From: Basidiobolus meristosporus CBS 931.73
Taxonomy: Eukaryota > Fungi > Basidiobolomycota
Reading direction: 5' to 3'
NCBI GenBank assembly: GCA_002104905.1
Contig: MCFE01000169.1
Span: forward strand, 62,001 to 126,000
DNA: 64,000 bases
Below the pieces are notes generated by a model, which saw nothing but the letters and a program-made list of their open reading frames with translations, did no database searches and was not told where the DNA came from. Positions 14,830-28,619 of the stretch are shown piece after piece. The position numbers were made by a program, and so were the translations under genes. Within the stretch, counting starts at the first letter, position 1. Every line of letters starts with the position of its first letter.

Positions 14830-17800
14830 GCCAGCTGTTGATTGCAAATTTGATATTACTCTATTAATTCCAATACAACATCAAGGACCTGGGTTTAGGG
14901 GCTAAAGGCTGGGATTTAGGACCTAGAGCCAGGTGCTGACTGCATGTTAGATATAACTATTAATTCCAATATGACATCAAGGATCTGAGTCTAGGTGCTG
15001 ATGGCTGAGATTTAGGGGCTAGAGCTAGGTGCTGATTGCATATTGATATTACTCTACTAATTAAGAATTGTTGTTCAAGACCATGGTTCAGGTGAATATG
15101 TTCAAAGCCAGGACCTGGTTCCAGGTGTTGAAAACTGAGATTTAGGACCTAGAGCCCGGTACTGATTGCATATTGGATATCACTCTCTTAATTCCAATAT
15201 GACATCCAGGACCTGGGTTAGGTGCTTAAAGCTGAGTTTAGGTGCTGTAGGCTGTGACTTAGGACCTAGAGCTAAGTGCTGATTGCATATTAGATATTAC
15301 CCTAGTAATTCCAATATGACATCCAGGACCTGGGTCCAGGCGCTGAAGATTGAGATTAAGGACCTAGAGCCAGGTACTAATTGCATGTTGAATATTGCAC
15401 TATTAATTCCAATATGACATCAAGGACCTGGGTCCAGGTGTTAAAGGCTGAGACTTAGGACCTAGAGCCAGGTGCAGATTTCATGTTGGTTATTACTCTA
15501 TTTATTCCAGTATGACATCCAGGTACTGGGTCCAGGTGATTAAAGCTGAGATTTAGGACCTAGAGCCCAATGCTGATTGCTTGTTGAATATAACTCTATT
15601 AGTTCTGATATGATATCCAGGACCTGGGTCCAGGTGCTTGAAGCTGCAATATAGGGCCCAGAGCCAGGTGTTGATTTCATGTTTGTTAACTACTCTATTA
15701 ATTCCAGCTTATCATCCAGGACCTTGGTCTAGGTGCTGAAGGCTAAGATTTAGGACTTGGAGCCAGGTGCCAATTTCATGTTTGATATTACTATATTTAT
15801 TCCTCTATGACATCCAGGACCTGGATTCAGGTGCTTAAAGCTGTGTATTAGGACCTAGAGCCAGGTGCTGATTGCATGTTTGATATTACTCTATTAATTA
15901 CAGTATGACATCTAGGACCTGGGCCCAGATGCCTTAAGCTGAGATTTAGGACCCAGAGCCAGGTGCTGATTATATGTTTGATCATACTATACTTATTCCA
16001 GTATGTCATCTCGGACCTGATCCCAGGTGCTTAAAGCTGAGATTTAGGACATAGCGCCAGGTGTTGATTAAATGTTGCATATCACTCTATTAATTTGAAT
16101 ATGACATTCAGGACCTGGGTCCAGGTACTGAAATCAGAGATCAAGGACCTAGAGCCAGGTGAGGAATTCATGTGGGTTATTACTCTATTGATTCCAGTAT
16201 GGCATCCAGGACCTGGGTCCAGGTGCTTAAAGCTGAGATTGAGGACCTAGAGGCAGATGCTGATTGCTTGTTGAATATCACTCTATTAGTTCCAACATGA
16301 TATCCAGTACCTGGTTCCAGGTGCTTACAGCTGAGATATAGGGCCCAGAGCCAGGTGTTGATTTCATGTTTGTTTTTACTCTATTAGTTCCAGCATGACA
16401 TCCAAGACCTTGGTCTAGGTGCTGAAGGCTGAGATATGGGACCTGGAGCTAGATGTGGATTTTGTGTTTGTTATTACTCTATTAATTCCAATATGTCATA
16501 CAGGACCTTGGTCTAGGTGCTGAAGACAATTATTCAGGACCTGGAGCCAGGTGCAGATTTCATGTTTGTTATTACTCTGTCTAATCCAATATGACCTCCT
16601 GGACCTGAGTTTAGATGCTTAAAGCTAAAATTTAGGACTTGGAGCCAGGTGCCAATTTCATTTTAGATTTTACTAAATTAATTACAGTATGACATCTAGG
16701 ACCTGGGCCCAGGTGCTGAAAGCTGAGATTTATGAAATAGAGCTAGGAGTTGATTAAATGTTGCATATCACTCTATTAATTCCAATATGACATCCTGGAC
16801 CTGGGTCCAGGTGCTTAAAGCTGAGTATTAGGGCCTAGAGCCTGGTGCTGATTGCATGTTTGATATTACTCTATCAATTACAGTATGACTTCTAGGACCT
16901 GGGCCCATATGCCTTAAGTTGAGATTTGGGACCCAGAACCAGGTGCTAATTTTATGGTTGTTATTACTCTATTAACTCCAGTATGTCATCTATGACCTGG
17001 GCCCAGGTGCTGAAAGCTGAGACTTAGGACCTAGAGCCAGGTGCTGATTGCCTGTTTGATATTACTCTGTTGATCTCAGGATTACATCCGGGACCTGGGT
17101 CCAGGTTCTGAAGGTCAAGATTTAGGACCTAGAGCCAGGTGCTGATTGCATGTCTGATATTACTCTATTAATTCCAGTATGACATTCAGGACCCGGTTCC
17201 TGGTGCTGAAGGTGGAAATTTAGGACATAGAGCCTGATGAGGATTTCATGTTGGTTATTACTCTATTAATGCCGGTATGATATCCAGGATTTGGGTCCAG
17301 GTGCTTAAAGCTGAGATTTAGGACCTAGAGTCAGATGTCAATTGCTAGTTGAATATCACTCTATTAGTTCCAATATGATATCCAGGTCCTGGGTCCAGGT
17401 GCTTGAAGCTGAGATTTAGGGCCCAGAGCCAGGTGTTGATTTCATATTTGTTTTTACTCTATTAATACCAGTATGTCATCCAGGACCTTGGTCCAGGTGC
17501 TGAGGACTAATAATTATGACCTGGAGCCAGGTGCAGATTTCATGTTTGTTATTACTCTGTCTAATCCAATATGACCTCCTGGACCTGGGTTTAGGTGCTT
17601 AAAGCTGAGATTTAGGAACTGCAGCCAGGTGCCAATTTCATGTTTGATAATACTATACTTATTCCAGTATGACATCAAGGACCTGGATCCAGGTGCTTAA
17701 AGCTGAGTATTAGGACCTAGAGCCAGGTGCTGATTGCATGTTGCATATCACTCTATTAATTCCAATATGGCATACAGGACCTGGGTCCAGGTGCTGAAAG

Positions 17801-18110
17801 CTGAGATCAAGGACCTAGAGCCAGGTGAGGACTTCATGTTGGTTATTACTCTATTAACTCCAGTATGCCATCTAGGACCTTGGTCTAGGTGATAAAGGCT
17901 GAGACTCAGGACCTAGAGCCAGGTGCTGATTGTATGTTTGATATTACTCTGTTGATTCCAGTATTACATCTAGGACCTGGGTCCAGGTTCTGAAGGTTGA
18001 GATTTAGGACCTAGAGACAGGTGCCAATTCCATGTTTGATATCAATCTATTAATTCCATTATTACTTCCAGGACCTGGGTGCAAGTTCTGATGGTTGAGA
18101 TTAGAACCTG
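14830..18110 (+). repeat. 98-bp higher-order repeat (34-bp monomer plus 64-bp long monomer)
   Basis: Period measured at 98 (ATCCAGGACC 15321 vs ATCAAGGACC 15419). The long monomer carries about 30 extra AT-rich bases (..TGATATTACTCTATTAATTCCAGTAT..). Confidence 0.9.
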
Positions 18111-21100
18111 CGTCCCAGTACTGAATGATGAGCTTTTGGATAAAGCTCAATGAAATGAGGGATGTCATACAGGACACTGGACCAGTTTGTGAGGGCAAAG
18201 AGCTAGGGCCTTGTTCAAGGGAATGAGAGTCAAGAAACAGAACTTGGGTTCTAGTTGTCAGAAGTTTTACTGTTAGATATTGCTCTATTCAATCAGTCCT
18301 GGTATCCAGGATCCTTATCCCAGTGCTGAAAGTTGAGATCTATGACCTAGGTCCAGGTGCTGGAAGTTGACATATTGGACACTGAGCAGGGTGATGAAGT
18401 GTATTATCCACAAGCATAATGTAAGTACTCAGGGTAGCTATTGAGAACCTGGGCTCAAGCTACCAGATGTTCTCATGTTGGATGTTACTCTATTAATCTA
18501 AACTAGATATCCATGGCATTGCTCCAAGTGCTAAAAGTTGAAATCTAGGACCTGGGTCCAGGTGCTGCAAGTTGAACTTCTGGATGTTGCTCAATAAGAT
18601 GAGGGTTGCTTTCCAGGACCTTGGACCAGGTGATGAGGGCAAAGTACTAGGGCTTGGTTCAAGGGGAAGAAACTTCAGATGCAGGACCTGGGCTCTAGAT
18701 GACAGTAGCTTTAACGGTATATATTGCTCAATTTAATGAGTCTTGAAATCCAGGACTTGTGTTAAAGTGTTCAAAGCTGAGATTTAGGACCTATGTCCAG
18801 GTGCTGAAAGTTGATATTTTTGACATTGCTCAAGGTAGTGAGTTAGGACCTAGGTCCAGATGCACAAAGTTTATCACTTGGATATTGCTCTGCAAAATTA
18901 GGATTGTCATCCGGAAACTTGGTCCAGGTGATGAGTGCAAAGAACAAGGAACTGGCCCAGGTGATGAGGGCAAATAAGTAGAGCCTGGTTCAAGGTAGTG
19001 AAAGTTGGGATATAGGACCAAGTCTTAAGCTGGAAAGCTTGTAATATTAGATATTGTTCAATATGATGCAATTTGATGTTTAGGATGTGGGTATGAGAAT
19101 GCAAGCTAAGTTGAAATCTTGAATATTGCTCAAGAACATGAGGTGCGTTATCTATGACTTGGGTGCTGGTGATAGTACAAAAATTGACCACCAGATCAAG
19201 GATTTTAAAGCCGGGATGTAGGGCCTGGGCTCAAGCCATAAAAAGTTGTAGTGTTGGATATTACCTCATTTAGTAGAATTTAGTATCCAGGATCTGAGAA
19301 ATGTAATGCTAGCTATGATTCAAAACCTGAGTCAATGTACTAACAGTATAGATCCAGGAAATTGGGGCAGATGCAGGAAGGTGCGATCCAGGACCTGGAT
19401 CCAGGTGCCTAAGGTTGAGATCTAGGATCAGGTTCTAGGTGCTGAGAAGTGCAATCTAGGACCTGTGTCCAGCAGCTGAAAGTTGATACTTGGCATATTA
19501 CTTGTTGATATTAGAGTTTTTATCTAGGACCAGGGTCAAGTTGCTGAATGTTGATATCAAGAAACTGTGTATAGGTGATAGTAGCAAAGATCTTGAACCT
19601 AGGTCCAGGAGATGAAACCTAAGATATAGAACCTAGGCTCAAGATGCTAAAAGTTGTATTGTTGTATATGACTCAAGTTGATGGAAGTCAATACTAGGTC
19701 CTAAGAATAGTAATGCAAGTTGAGGTTAATGACCTGAGTCCAGGTCCTGAAAGTCAAAATGTAGGATATTGCTCAAGGAAATGTAGGGTATCATCCAGGG
19801 CTTGGGTCAATGTGATAAGGGTCAAGATCTAGAACCTGGACTTAGGTAATTTAAGCTGAGATATATGACCTGGGCTCAAGGTGCCACTACGTGAAGTTAA
19901 ATATTGTTCAATTTAATCAGAGTTCATATCCAGTACTTGGGCATGGTAATTCAAGCTAAGATATGGAGACTTGGGCCACAATTGATGAAAGGTTAGATGT
20001 TGGACCTGGGTCCAGGTGCTGAAAGTTGAAATATTGGACATTGATTAAGGGAATGAGGAGTGTCATCCAGGACTCAGGTCTAGGAAATCAGATCATACAT
20101 CTAAAACCTGGATCTAGGTTATCCAAGCTGAGATGTAGAACCTGGGCTCAAGGTTCCTGAAGCTTTAATGTTAGGTATTGCTTAATTCTAAGAGATTTAA
20201 TATTAAGGATCTTGGCTTGAAAATACAAGCTAAGATTCAGGACCTGGGCTCAATTGACTAGAGTCAAGATTTCGGACCTGGGTCCAAGTGCTGAAAGTTA
20301 AAAACCTGTATATTGCTCAATGATACAATGGGTGTAATCAAGGACTTGGGTCTGGTAACCAGGGTTGATATCTAGAACCAGGATCAAGGCTATTAAAGCA
20401 GAGATGTAGGACCTTAGCTCAAGATGAAAAAGTTGTATTGTTGGATATTGCCTCATATAATGATATTGAATATCCAGGAGCTGGGCTAAATAATGCAAGC
20501 TAGTACCAAGGGCCTGGGTCAATGTAATAAAAGTTTAGATCTAGGACACAGGTCTAGATGCTGCAAGCTGAGATTTTTGATATTCCTTAATGAAATGAGG
20601 ATTGAGATCCAAGAACAGGGTCAATTTGATAAATATGATATCCAGGACCTGAGTAAAGGTTATAATAGCTAAGATACTGAGTCTAGGATCAGGTGATGGA
20701 ACCTGAAATGTAAGGACTGGGATCAAGGTGCTATAACTTGTACTATTTTATACTGCTCGACTTAATAAGAGTCAATATTAAGGACCCTGGCATGGTAATA
20801 TATGCTAAGATCATGAGCCTAAGGCCAAGGGAGTAAGGTTGAAGTCTAAGACCGGGGTTTAGGTGGCAAAAGATGAAATTTGGGTATTACTCAATGAAAT
20901 AATGCTTGATATCCCAGAAAAGGGTAAAGGTACCAAGATTTGATACTTACAATCTGGGTGAAGGTGATGATAGCTGGGATCTTGATCCTGGGTCCACGTG
21001 ATGAAGCTTCTCATATAAGGCATAGGTTTAATGTGCCAGAAGTTATAATGTTAAAAGTTGTTGAATTTAATGAGTGTTGATAACCTGAACCTGTGCATGG

Positions 21101-21650
21101 TAATGCAAGCTAAGGAGTAGGAACTGGGTCCAAGAGATGAAAGTTGAGACTTAGGTCTTAGTCTCAAGTGTTGACAGTTGGAAATTTGGATATTTCTCAA
21201 TGAAATCAGAGTTGCCAATCAGCACCTTGGTCTAGTTGATAAGGGCAAAGATCCAGAACCTACATCCAGTTGATGAGAGCCATGAGCCATAACCTGGATC
21301 AAGCAAAGACCACTGAGATGTAGGACATGGGTTTAAGGTGCAAAATGTTGTAATGTTGGATATTGCGCCATTTAATAAGATTAGATATCCAGGACTGGGC
21401 CATGGAAATGCTAGCTGAGGGCTAGCCCTCACATTCAAAAGATGAATGATAAGATCTATGGCATGGGTCCATGTGCTGAAGATTGAAATTTTGGATATTA
21501 CTCATTGAAATGAGGGCTTTCATGCAAGACCTTGGTCCAGGTGATAAGGGAAAAGAACTAAGGCCAGGACCAGGTGATGAGGGTAAACATCTAAAACCTG
21601 GTTCAAGGTGATGAAAGTAGGGGCGTGGGACATGTGCTCAAATCATCAAA

Positions 21651-22016
21651 TGTTACAAGTCTTGGTATAAGAGTTGTAGAGGAATAGGGAGTTTAGCCAG
21701 TATTGTATTCACTAAAACTTGAACTGATCTTTATTAAGGTTCCAGCAGCTCCTTATATATATTTTGCCAGATTAATTGCTGATTAATTGAGTTTCCTAAT
21801 GTAGGTTGTGGCTGCTGACTCATTTGATTGCATCATCACCCAATAAAGTCCTACTTAATATATCTAATTCGGTCTGATAAGGATCTGCTGATTTATTTGC
21901 TAACTAATGTTACTGATATGATAGATAATACTGATATACTGATAACCTAATCATATAACTAATTGATTTGAATAAAAACTGATCTAATTTAAACATTCAA
22001 GTGGCAGATCATAACA
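21651..22016 (+). mobile_element. Solo LTR (366 bp) inserted in the satellite
   Basis: Termini TGTTA...TAACA, 4-bp target-site duplication CAAA on both sides (21647-21650, 22017-22020), internal TATATATA and AATAAA (21971). Satellite sequence resumes across the insertion. Confidence 0.85.
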
Positions 22017-25000
22017 CAAAAATTGCAAGTTGGAAACTGCTCAATTTGATGATATTTTATATTGCGGACCTGCGAATTTTTATGCAGGCTAAGATCCAGG
22101 ATCTGGGTCTAAGTGATGAAAGTTTTGATCCAGTGCCTGGGTCCAGGTGCTGAAAGTTGAAATTTTTGATATTCCTCTACAAAATGGGGGGTGTCAATAA
22201 GATCTTGAATCAGTTCATGAGAGCAAAGATATAGGACCAGAGTCCAAGTGATGAGGGCAAGAATCTATAATCTCTCAAGGTGATGAAAGTTAGGATGTAG
22301 GACCTGGTCTCTAGCTGGGAAACATGTAATGCTGAATATTGCTCAATATCATGATACTTCATAGTAAGGACCAGGGCATGATAATGCAAGCTAGCACCCA
22401 AGAACTGGGCCCAGGTGATGAGTGCACAGATCAAGAACCGGGAATAGGTTGATAAAAGCTGAGATATAAGACCTGGGATCAAAGAACAAAAAGTTACAAT
22501 GCTGGAAATTACCCAAGTTACTGAGTGTTGATATCCAGGACCTGTGTGTAGTGATGCATGCTGAGGCCCAGGACCTGGGTCCATGGGTTGAAAGTTGACA
22601 TGTAGAACCTGGGTCCAGATACCAAAAGTTGAAACTTTAGATATTACTCAATGAAATGAGAGTAGGCATCCAGGACCTTGGTCCAGATGGTGAAGGCAAA
22701 ATCTACAATCTGGCTCAAAGGGCTGACTGTTGAGATGCAGGACTTGGACTCAAGATGCCAAGAATTGGTATGTTGGATAATGCTCACTTGAATGAGATCT
22801 GATATACAAGACCTGGTCAAGCTACTGCAAGCTAAGATTCAAGACCTGGGCTCTAAATGATGAAAGGTGAGATATTGGACCTGAATCCAGTTGACAAAAG
22901 TTGAAACTCTGAATATTGCTATTTGAAATACTGCTGTAAAGTGAAACCTTGATATTGCTCCATCAAATAAGGATATATATATAGAACCAGGGTCAAGGTG
23001 CTGAGAGTTGATATTTAGCAACTGGTTACAGGTGATGATAGCTAAGATTGGAATCTAGGTCCAGGTGTTGAAACAGAAGATGTAGGACCTGGTTCAAGGT
23101 GCCAAACATTATAATATTAGATTATGGTCAATTTAATCAGACATGATACCCACAAACAGGGCATGACAATATATGCTAAGACCTAATACCTGGGTCCATG
23201 TGGTGAAATTACAAGTCAAAGAACTGCATAATGGAGCTCAAAGTTGTAATTTTGGATACTTCTCAAGGAGTTGGGAGGTGTCATTAGGACCTTGGTCCAG
23301 GTGATGAGGGCATTGATATAGGACCTGGGTCCAGGTGATGATGGCAGAAATCTGGAAGGTGGGCTAATGTGATGAAAGATGAGATGTGGGTTATTGCTTT
23401 GTTTGATATTACTTGACTTAATAAGTTCTGGTATCAATGACCTGGGCATGGTGATACATGCCAAGATCTACATCCTTGGCCCTAACTGATTAAAGGTGAG
23501 ATTTTGGACCTTGGTCTTGGTGCTGAAAGTTGAAACTTTGAATTTTGCTTGTTGAAATGAGGGTGGTCATCCATGAACTTGGTCCTGGTGATGAGGGCAC
23601 AGGTCTGAAACCATTCAGGATCCAGGTCCAAGTGATGAAAGGTGAGTAATAGAACCTGAGGCCAGCAGATGAAAATTGAGATATGGGTTTTGGGTCCGGT
23701 TGCTGATAGTTAAAACTATGCGTATTGCTCAGTGAAATGATAGTTGACATCCAGATCCTTGGTCTAGCTAATGAGGGATAAGATCTTGAACATGGTTCAT
23801 GATGATGAAGGTTCAGATGCAGGACTTGGGCTCAAGGTTCCAAATGTAATGTGGAATATTACCTAACTTAGTGAACTTTGATGCATAGGACCTGACCATG
23901 GTAATGCATGCTACAGTACAGGACCTGGGTACAGGAGATGAATGGTGTGATCTAGGATCTGGATCCAGGTGCTAAAGTTAAACTACTGATATTATCCAAT
24001 AAAATGAGTGTTATCATTTAGGACCTGAGTCAAGGTGCTGAGAGTTGATACATAGGACCTGAGGTCAGGAGATTAGTGCAAAGATCTAGAGCTTGGGTCT
24101 AGGCGCAGTTGAGATGTAGGATCTGTGCTCCAGGAACTGAAAGTGTAGTGCTGACTATTACTCAATTCAAGGACAGTCAATATTCACAACCTGGGTAAAA
24201 TAATATAAACTATGATGTATATTCTGGATCTAAAAGATGGAAGCTGTGATCCAATATCTTGGTCAAGGTGCTAAAAGTTGTAATCTTGTGTACTGCTACA
24301 CCAATTGATAGTTGACAGTGAAGTCCTGGGCATGGTAATTCAAGACAAGATTAACCTTGCTACAGGGAGTATATTTTAGGGTCTACAACCTGTATTAAGA
24401 TACTGTAAGTTTCAATCTTGGTTGTTGCTCAAGGTAGCAAAAATAAAAGTCCAATACCTAGGCAATTTGATCTAACTTGAGATATAAGTCCTTGGTAAAT
24501 GTGCTTAATGCTGCAATTTTATATATTTCTTAATACCTAGAGATCAGAGAACCCAGTCCCAAGCAAGGTAATATAATGACCTGAGTCTAGGTGCTGAAAA
24601 TTGTAGTGTTAGATAATATTCAATTCAAAGAGAGTTTATATCTAGAACTTTGGTACAATGATTTAAGTGAGGATCTAGAACCCACTTCCAGGTGTAGATG
24701 GCTGTAATCTTTGATTTTGCTAAAGATAATCACAGTTGACATCTACGGCCTAGGTCTTGGTGATTTAGGTGGTGATCTAAGACCTAGGTCAAGGTACGGA
24801 AATTTGATATCCAGGTCCTAGGAGCAGGTAAAGAGAGCCACAATCTGGAACCAGTACCCTAATGATAAAAGTCAAGATGCTGAACCTAGCCCAAGATGTT
24901 GAAAGTTGTAAACGTGAATATTACTCAATGTTTTGAGAGTTGGTATTGGGACTTGGATAGAGATGCTGAGAGTAGAAATCTTGGATATTGGTATAGGTGA

Positions 25001-28000
25001 GGATAACAATGATCTAAGATATGGGTCCAGCCAATGAATGCTGAGATGTAGGACCTGGGCTCAAGGTGTTTAAAGTTGCGATTATAGGTATTTAATATAA
25101 ATAGAAGTCCAGGACCTGAACAAAGTGTCAAATGCTAAGACCTGGGAATTGGATTCAGACGCTGAAAGTGATATTCTTGATTATTCCTCAATTTTATTGG
25201 AGCGGATATCCACAACCTAGACACAGTAATATAAACTCAAACTCTGGGCCTTGATCTGGTGGATGAAAGTTGAGTTGTAAGGCCTTATTCAAAGTGCTGA
25301 AAGTTGTATTATTGAATATTGCATAATTTGACTCAAGTTGACTGCCAGAAGTATGGTCCAGGTGATAAATATTGAGATACAAGACCTGAATTGAAGGTGC
25401 TCAAAGTAGTGGTGTTTGATAGAGCTAAATTGGAAGAGAGATGATACCCAAGACCTGGGCATGGAGGTGTAAATTGGGTTCCAGGATTTGGGGCCATGTG
25501 CTGATTGTTGTAATCCTGAATATTACTCAATGTAATGATAGATCTTATTCAGAACCTGTGAACAGACAATTTAGGTTGAGATCCAGGACCTTGGTGCAAG
25601 AGTTGAAAGCTAAAGTCCCAAACCTCAGTGCAGGTGATTCAAGTTGTAATCTGGGACCTGAGTACAAGTGATAATAGCTGCATACCTGAGCCCATGCCCA
25701 GATGATGAAGGCTGAGAATTATGACCTTACTGAATGTGCAAAAAGTAGTAATATTAGACATTGCTCTATATCATAAGAGCTGATATACAGGACATGGAAC
25801 CAGGTAGCATCAGTTGGAATGTAACATTAAGGTAAAGGTGCTGGAAGTTAGAATCTTTGAAATTGCCCACAGTCACATGAGCTAATATCCACGGCCTAAG
25901 TGTAGGTGATTTAGGTATTGATCTTGGGCCTTGGTGTTGTGCATCAACATTCAAACCATAGTTAAGTTTGCTAATTCAGGAAATCAAGTGCCCTAACTGA
26001 TTTGTCCAAACCCAAAAATAACCAATGTCACCTGGTTTTATTTTTATCCCATCTAAGAATCAGTTTTTAGCTATTGCATCTAACCTATTTTTGTTTGATT
26101 AGCACATCATCAATTGATCTGCCAAGCCTACCTAGGTGAATACTCATATAAGACTTATCCAATACCTTGTCACTTGCCTAGACATCATCTGATGGATAAT
26201 GCAATTTTAACTTATCTTATCTACCATTCAGCACCTGAAAAATTTCCATTAGAAATCCAGCATATTGGTGCTTACTAATTCACATTGATCAGAAAAGTAT
26301 AAATAAAACTTGAATAACCATCTGGCATAGTGTATTTTCCAGAAAAATCAAGATTGTTACTCAATAACATTGAGAGTTCAACAATTCCTTTCTAGCTTCT
26401 TTGCAAGCCTAGTACATCTACCACTTTAAGAGCACTAAGCCTAGGCTGCATAGCAAATCTACTGCATTGTCTTTATAGCTAAGTCAGCAATATTTAATAC
26501 AAGTATTTGACCAAAACCTTACTTTCACTACTTTAGCCACTTCCTGACACTTCTAGAATAAATTCTCACTTGTCTCTATGATCTAGTAAAACCGTTGAAA
26601 AGTTTTTATCACACTTCTCTCTTGCATATAACACTTGGTCAGGTGCAGAATGTAGAAATCTTGGACATTACTTAATAGACTTATTCTGTTGGATAGTGCC
26701 ACATTGAGCCACAAGTGCCAAATGATGCCATAGTGTGCCAGGGAGGCCTAGCGCAAATGTTCAACAACTTTCTTTTGGACCTTTGTAATATATCATAATA
26801 CAGGATGAATACATATGTTATGGTTATCCAATTTTTCTGTTAACCTTGACCAGCAGATGAAAAACTAGAATTGGGACTTTGTAAGCAAGTAAGAGTTATA
26901 CCAGTATACATGTAATGGTTGCCTATTAACCTGGATATTAACATACAATAGAGTATAAGAACAAGCATTTTAGGCAATGGCATCAAAACTGTGCCCATGA
27001 TCAGAGTCTACAAATATCAAGTAAATTCAGAACTGGTGTCAGAAGTAATCAAACATCAAGCTCATGACAATAACTACTGATTTAAGTACAGATGAAGCAA
27101 CTTTCAAAGGTAGTTAAATGCCACATTGGGATCTATAGCTAAGATCATTGGATTCTAGATTCAGGTCCTAGGCCAGGTTAATTCAGAGATCTTAGACACC
27201 TGTTTGGTTTGCTACATATAAGCCATACCTTTCAATACTATTGTAAACTTCCAGCATTTCCACATGCCATTGGTTAACTCTCATCTGATGAGTGTATCAG
27301 AACAGCTATTATTGTAATCATAAGTGACTGGCATTACTTTGGCATATTTACTTAACAAATAAACACATCAGATTGTCCAGTCTAGATGTCAGTAGCAGGC
27401 ATCTATGGCACAAAAAAACCCTTCATATTGCTAGTTGCACTGTACCTAACAATTGTGCACTTTTGATTTTGTGGAACTTGCTACATAGATATCATCAATA
27501 CTCTCAATATTAAAACACTGGATTGTTTTGTGTCATTCAGAAGTTTAATTTTTATAGCAGTTTTACACAGGATTGGTGTATGTAGGGCCTACATTTGGTT
27601 TACTTTGCCCCTTTCCATCATTTAGGATCATATGATTATTTCTGTTTTAGAAATCAAGTGTGCGGTTTAAAATCACTAGCATAAAAGTTCCACTATACAC
27701 TCTTGAATAAATGGTGGGGCACTTGGCATTGTTTTACGCTATATTTCTTCTGCAGAGGTGCATATACTTGGCTGCCATTCTTATGAGCAATAACTTGATC
27801 TATATTCACTTTTGCTTGTGCATTCTTGCACATCCAGATACCTCTTTGACTTCCATGGCAAATGTAGGAAGTTTCTTTCAAGCCAGGATGGATTAGGTAT
27901 GAATCTTTCTTCAGGATGGTGAACACATCTTTGGGTGGCTAACCAGTTGTTGAAGCATCTTTCCAATTCATTATGAGCATCTAATGAGGATAATATGTGC

Positions 28001-28430
28001 AACATATATGACATACATATCTATGTGTAAACCTGCTGTCTCTTTGGTTGCTATGATTCCTCCTGAATTTTTAACCAATTGTCTTGTACACTTACAATAT
28101 CAAAAATCCACATAAATACTCATTGTGGCAGTAATAGTATTTTGACCATTTAAACACAATAATTTGCTTTCATCTGAAACTAACCATATTTCTGAGTGTT
28201 TTCATGAGTCACATGGACTAAAGCCAAAACTTAAACAGCTAGTGATAGAGTGTTGGTGGATCAAAGCTTGCATTTGAGGCAATTTCCAATGATAAAACCT
28301 ATTTGGTCCATATTGATTTATTATTTATCAGCTTACTTAGTAAAAGCAAATTCAGGCCCTATTCAACAGACTTGCTACTTGGAGTAACTAACAGCACTTG
28401 GTCAGTCTTGTTAAAAATTGCAGCTCCATT

Positions 28431-28617
28431 TGGTACAATCTACCACTTATTTTATTAAATTTGATCTAGCATTAGTCAAGATATTTAGCAATAAATATTA
28501 GCCTAACAGTATATAAGTATTATCTGTCAGATCAGTATCATGTGTTACCAGAAGAAACCGCAATTCCTTTTCATCATCTAATCAAAATACTATATCTCAA
28601 CTGATGTCACTGTGACA
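28431..28617 (-). mobile_element. Diverged, shorter LTR related to the 21651 solo LTR, followed by a PBS-like TGGAGCTGC; probable 5' end of a decayed LTR retroelement running leftward
   Basis: Minus strand reads TGTCACA...GTACCA and aligns by eye to the 3' part of the solo LTR (CTACCACTT/CTGCCACTT, CAGTATATAAGTATTATCTGTCAGATCAGT vs CAGTATATCAGTATTATCTATCATATCAGT). TGG begins 2 nt after the terminal CA. Confidence 0.55.
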
Positions 28618-28619
28618 TT

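Larger units (their letters stand above)
1680..25950 (+). repeat. 34-bp satellite array, forward orientation, degenerate at both ends; consensus GGACCTGGGTCCAGGTGCTGAAAGTTGAGATCTA, interspersed with ~64-bp long variants
   Basis: Monomer recurs head-to-tail, e.g. 9780-9960 with period 34. Boundaries are approximate. Confidence 0.95.

Noticed and set aside
26000-28400. Tc1/mariner-like SDES motif or gag ORF in the spacer
   Set aside because: Only an isolated short motif in a stop-ridden frame. The protein family cannot be assigned by eye.
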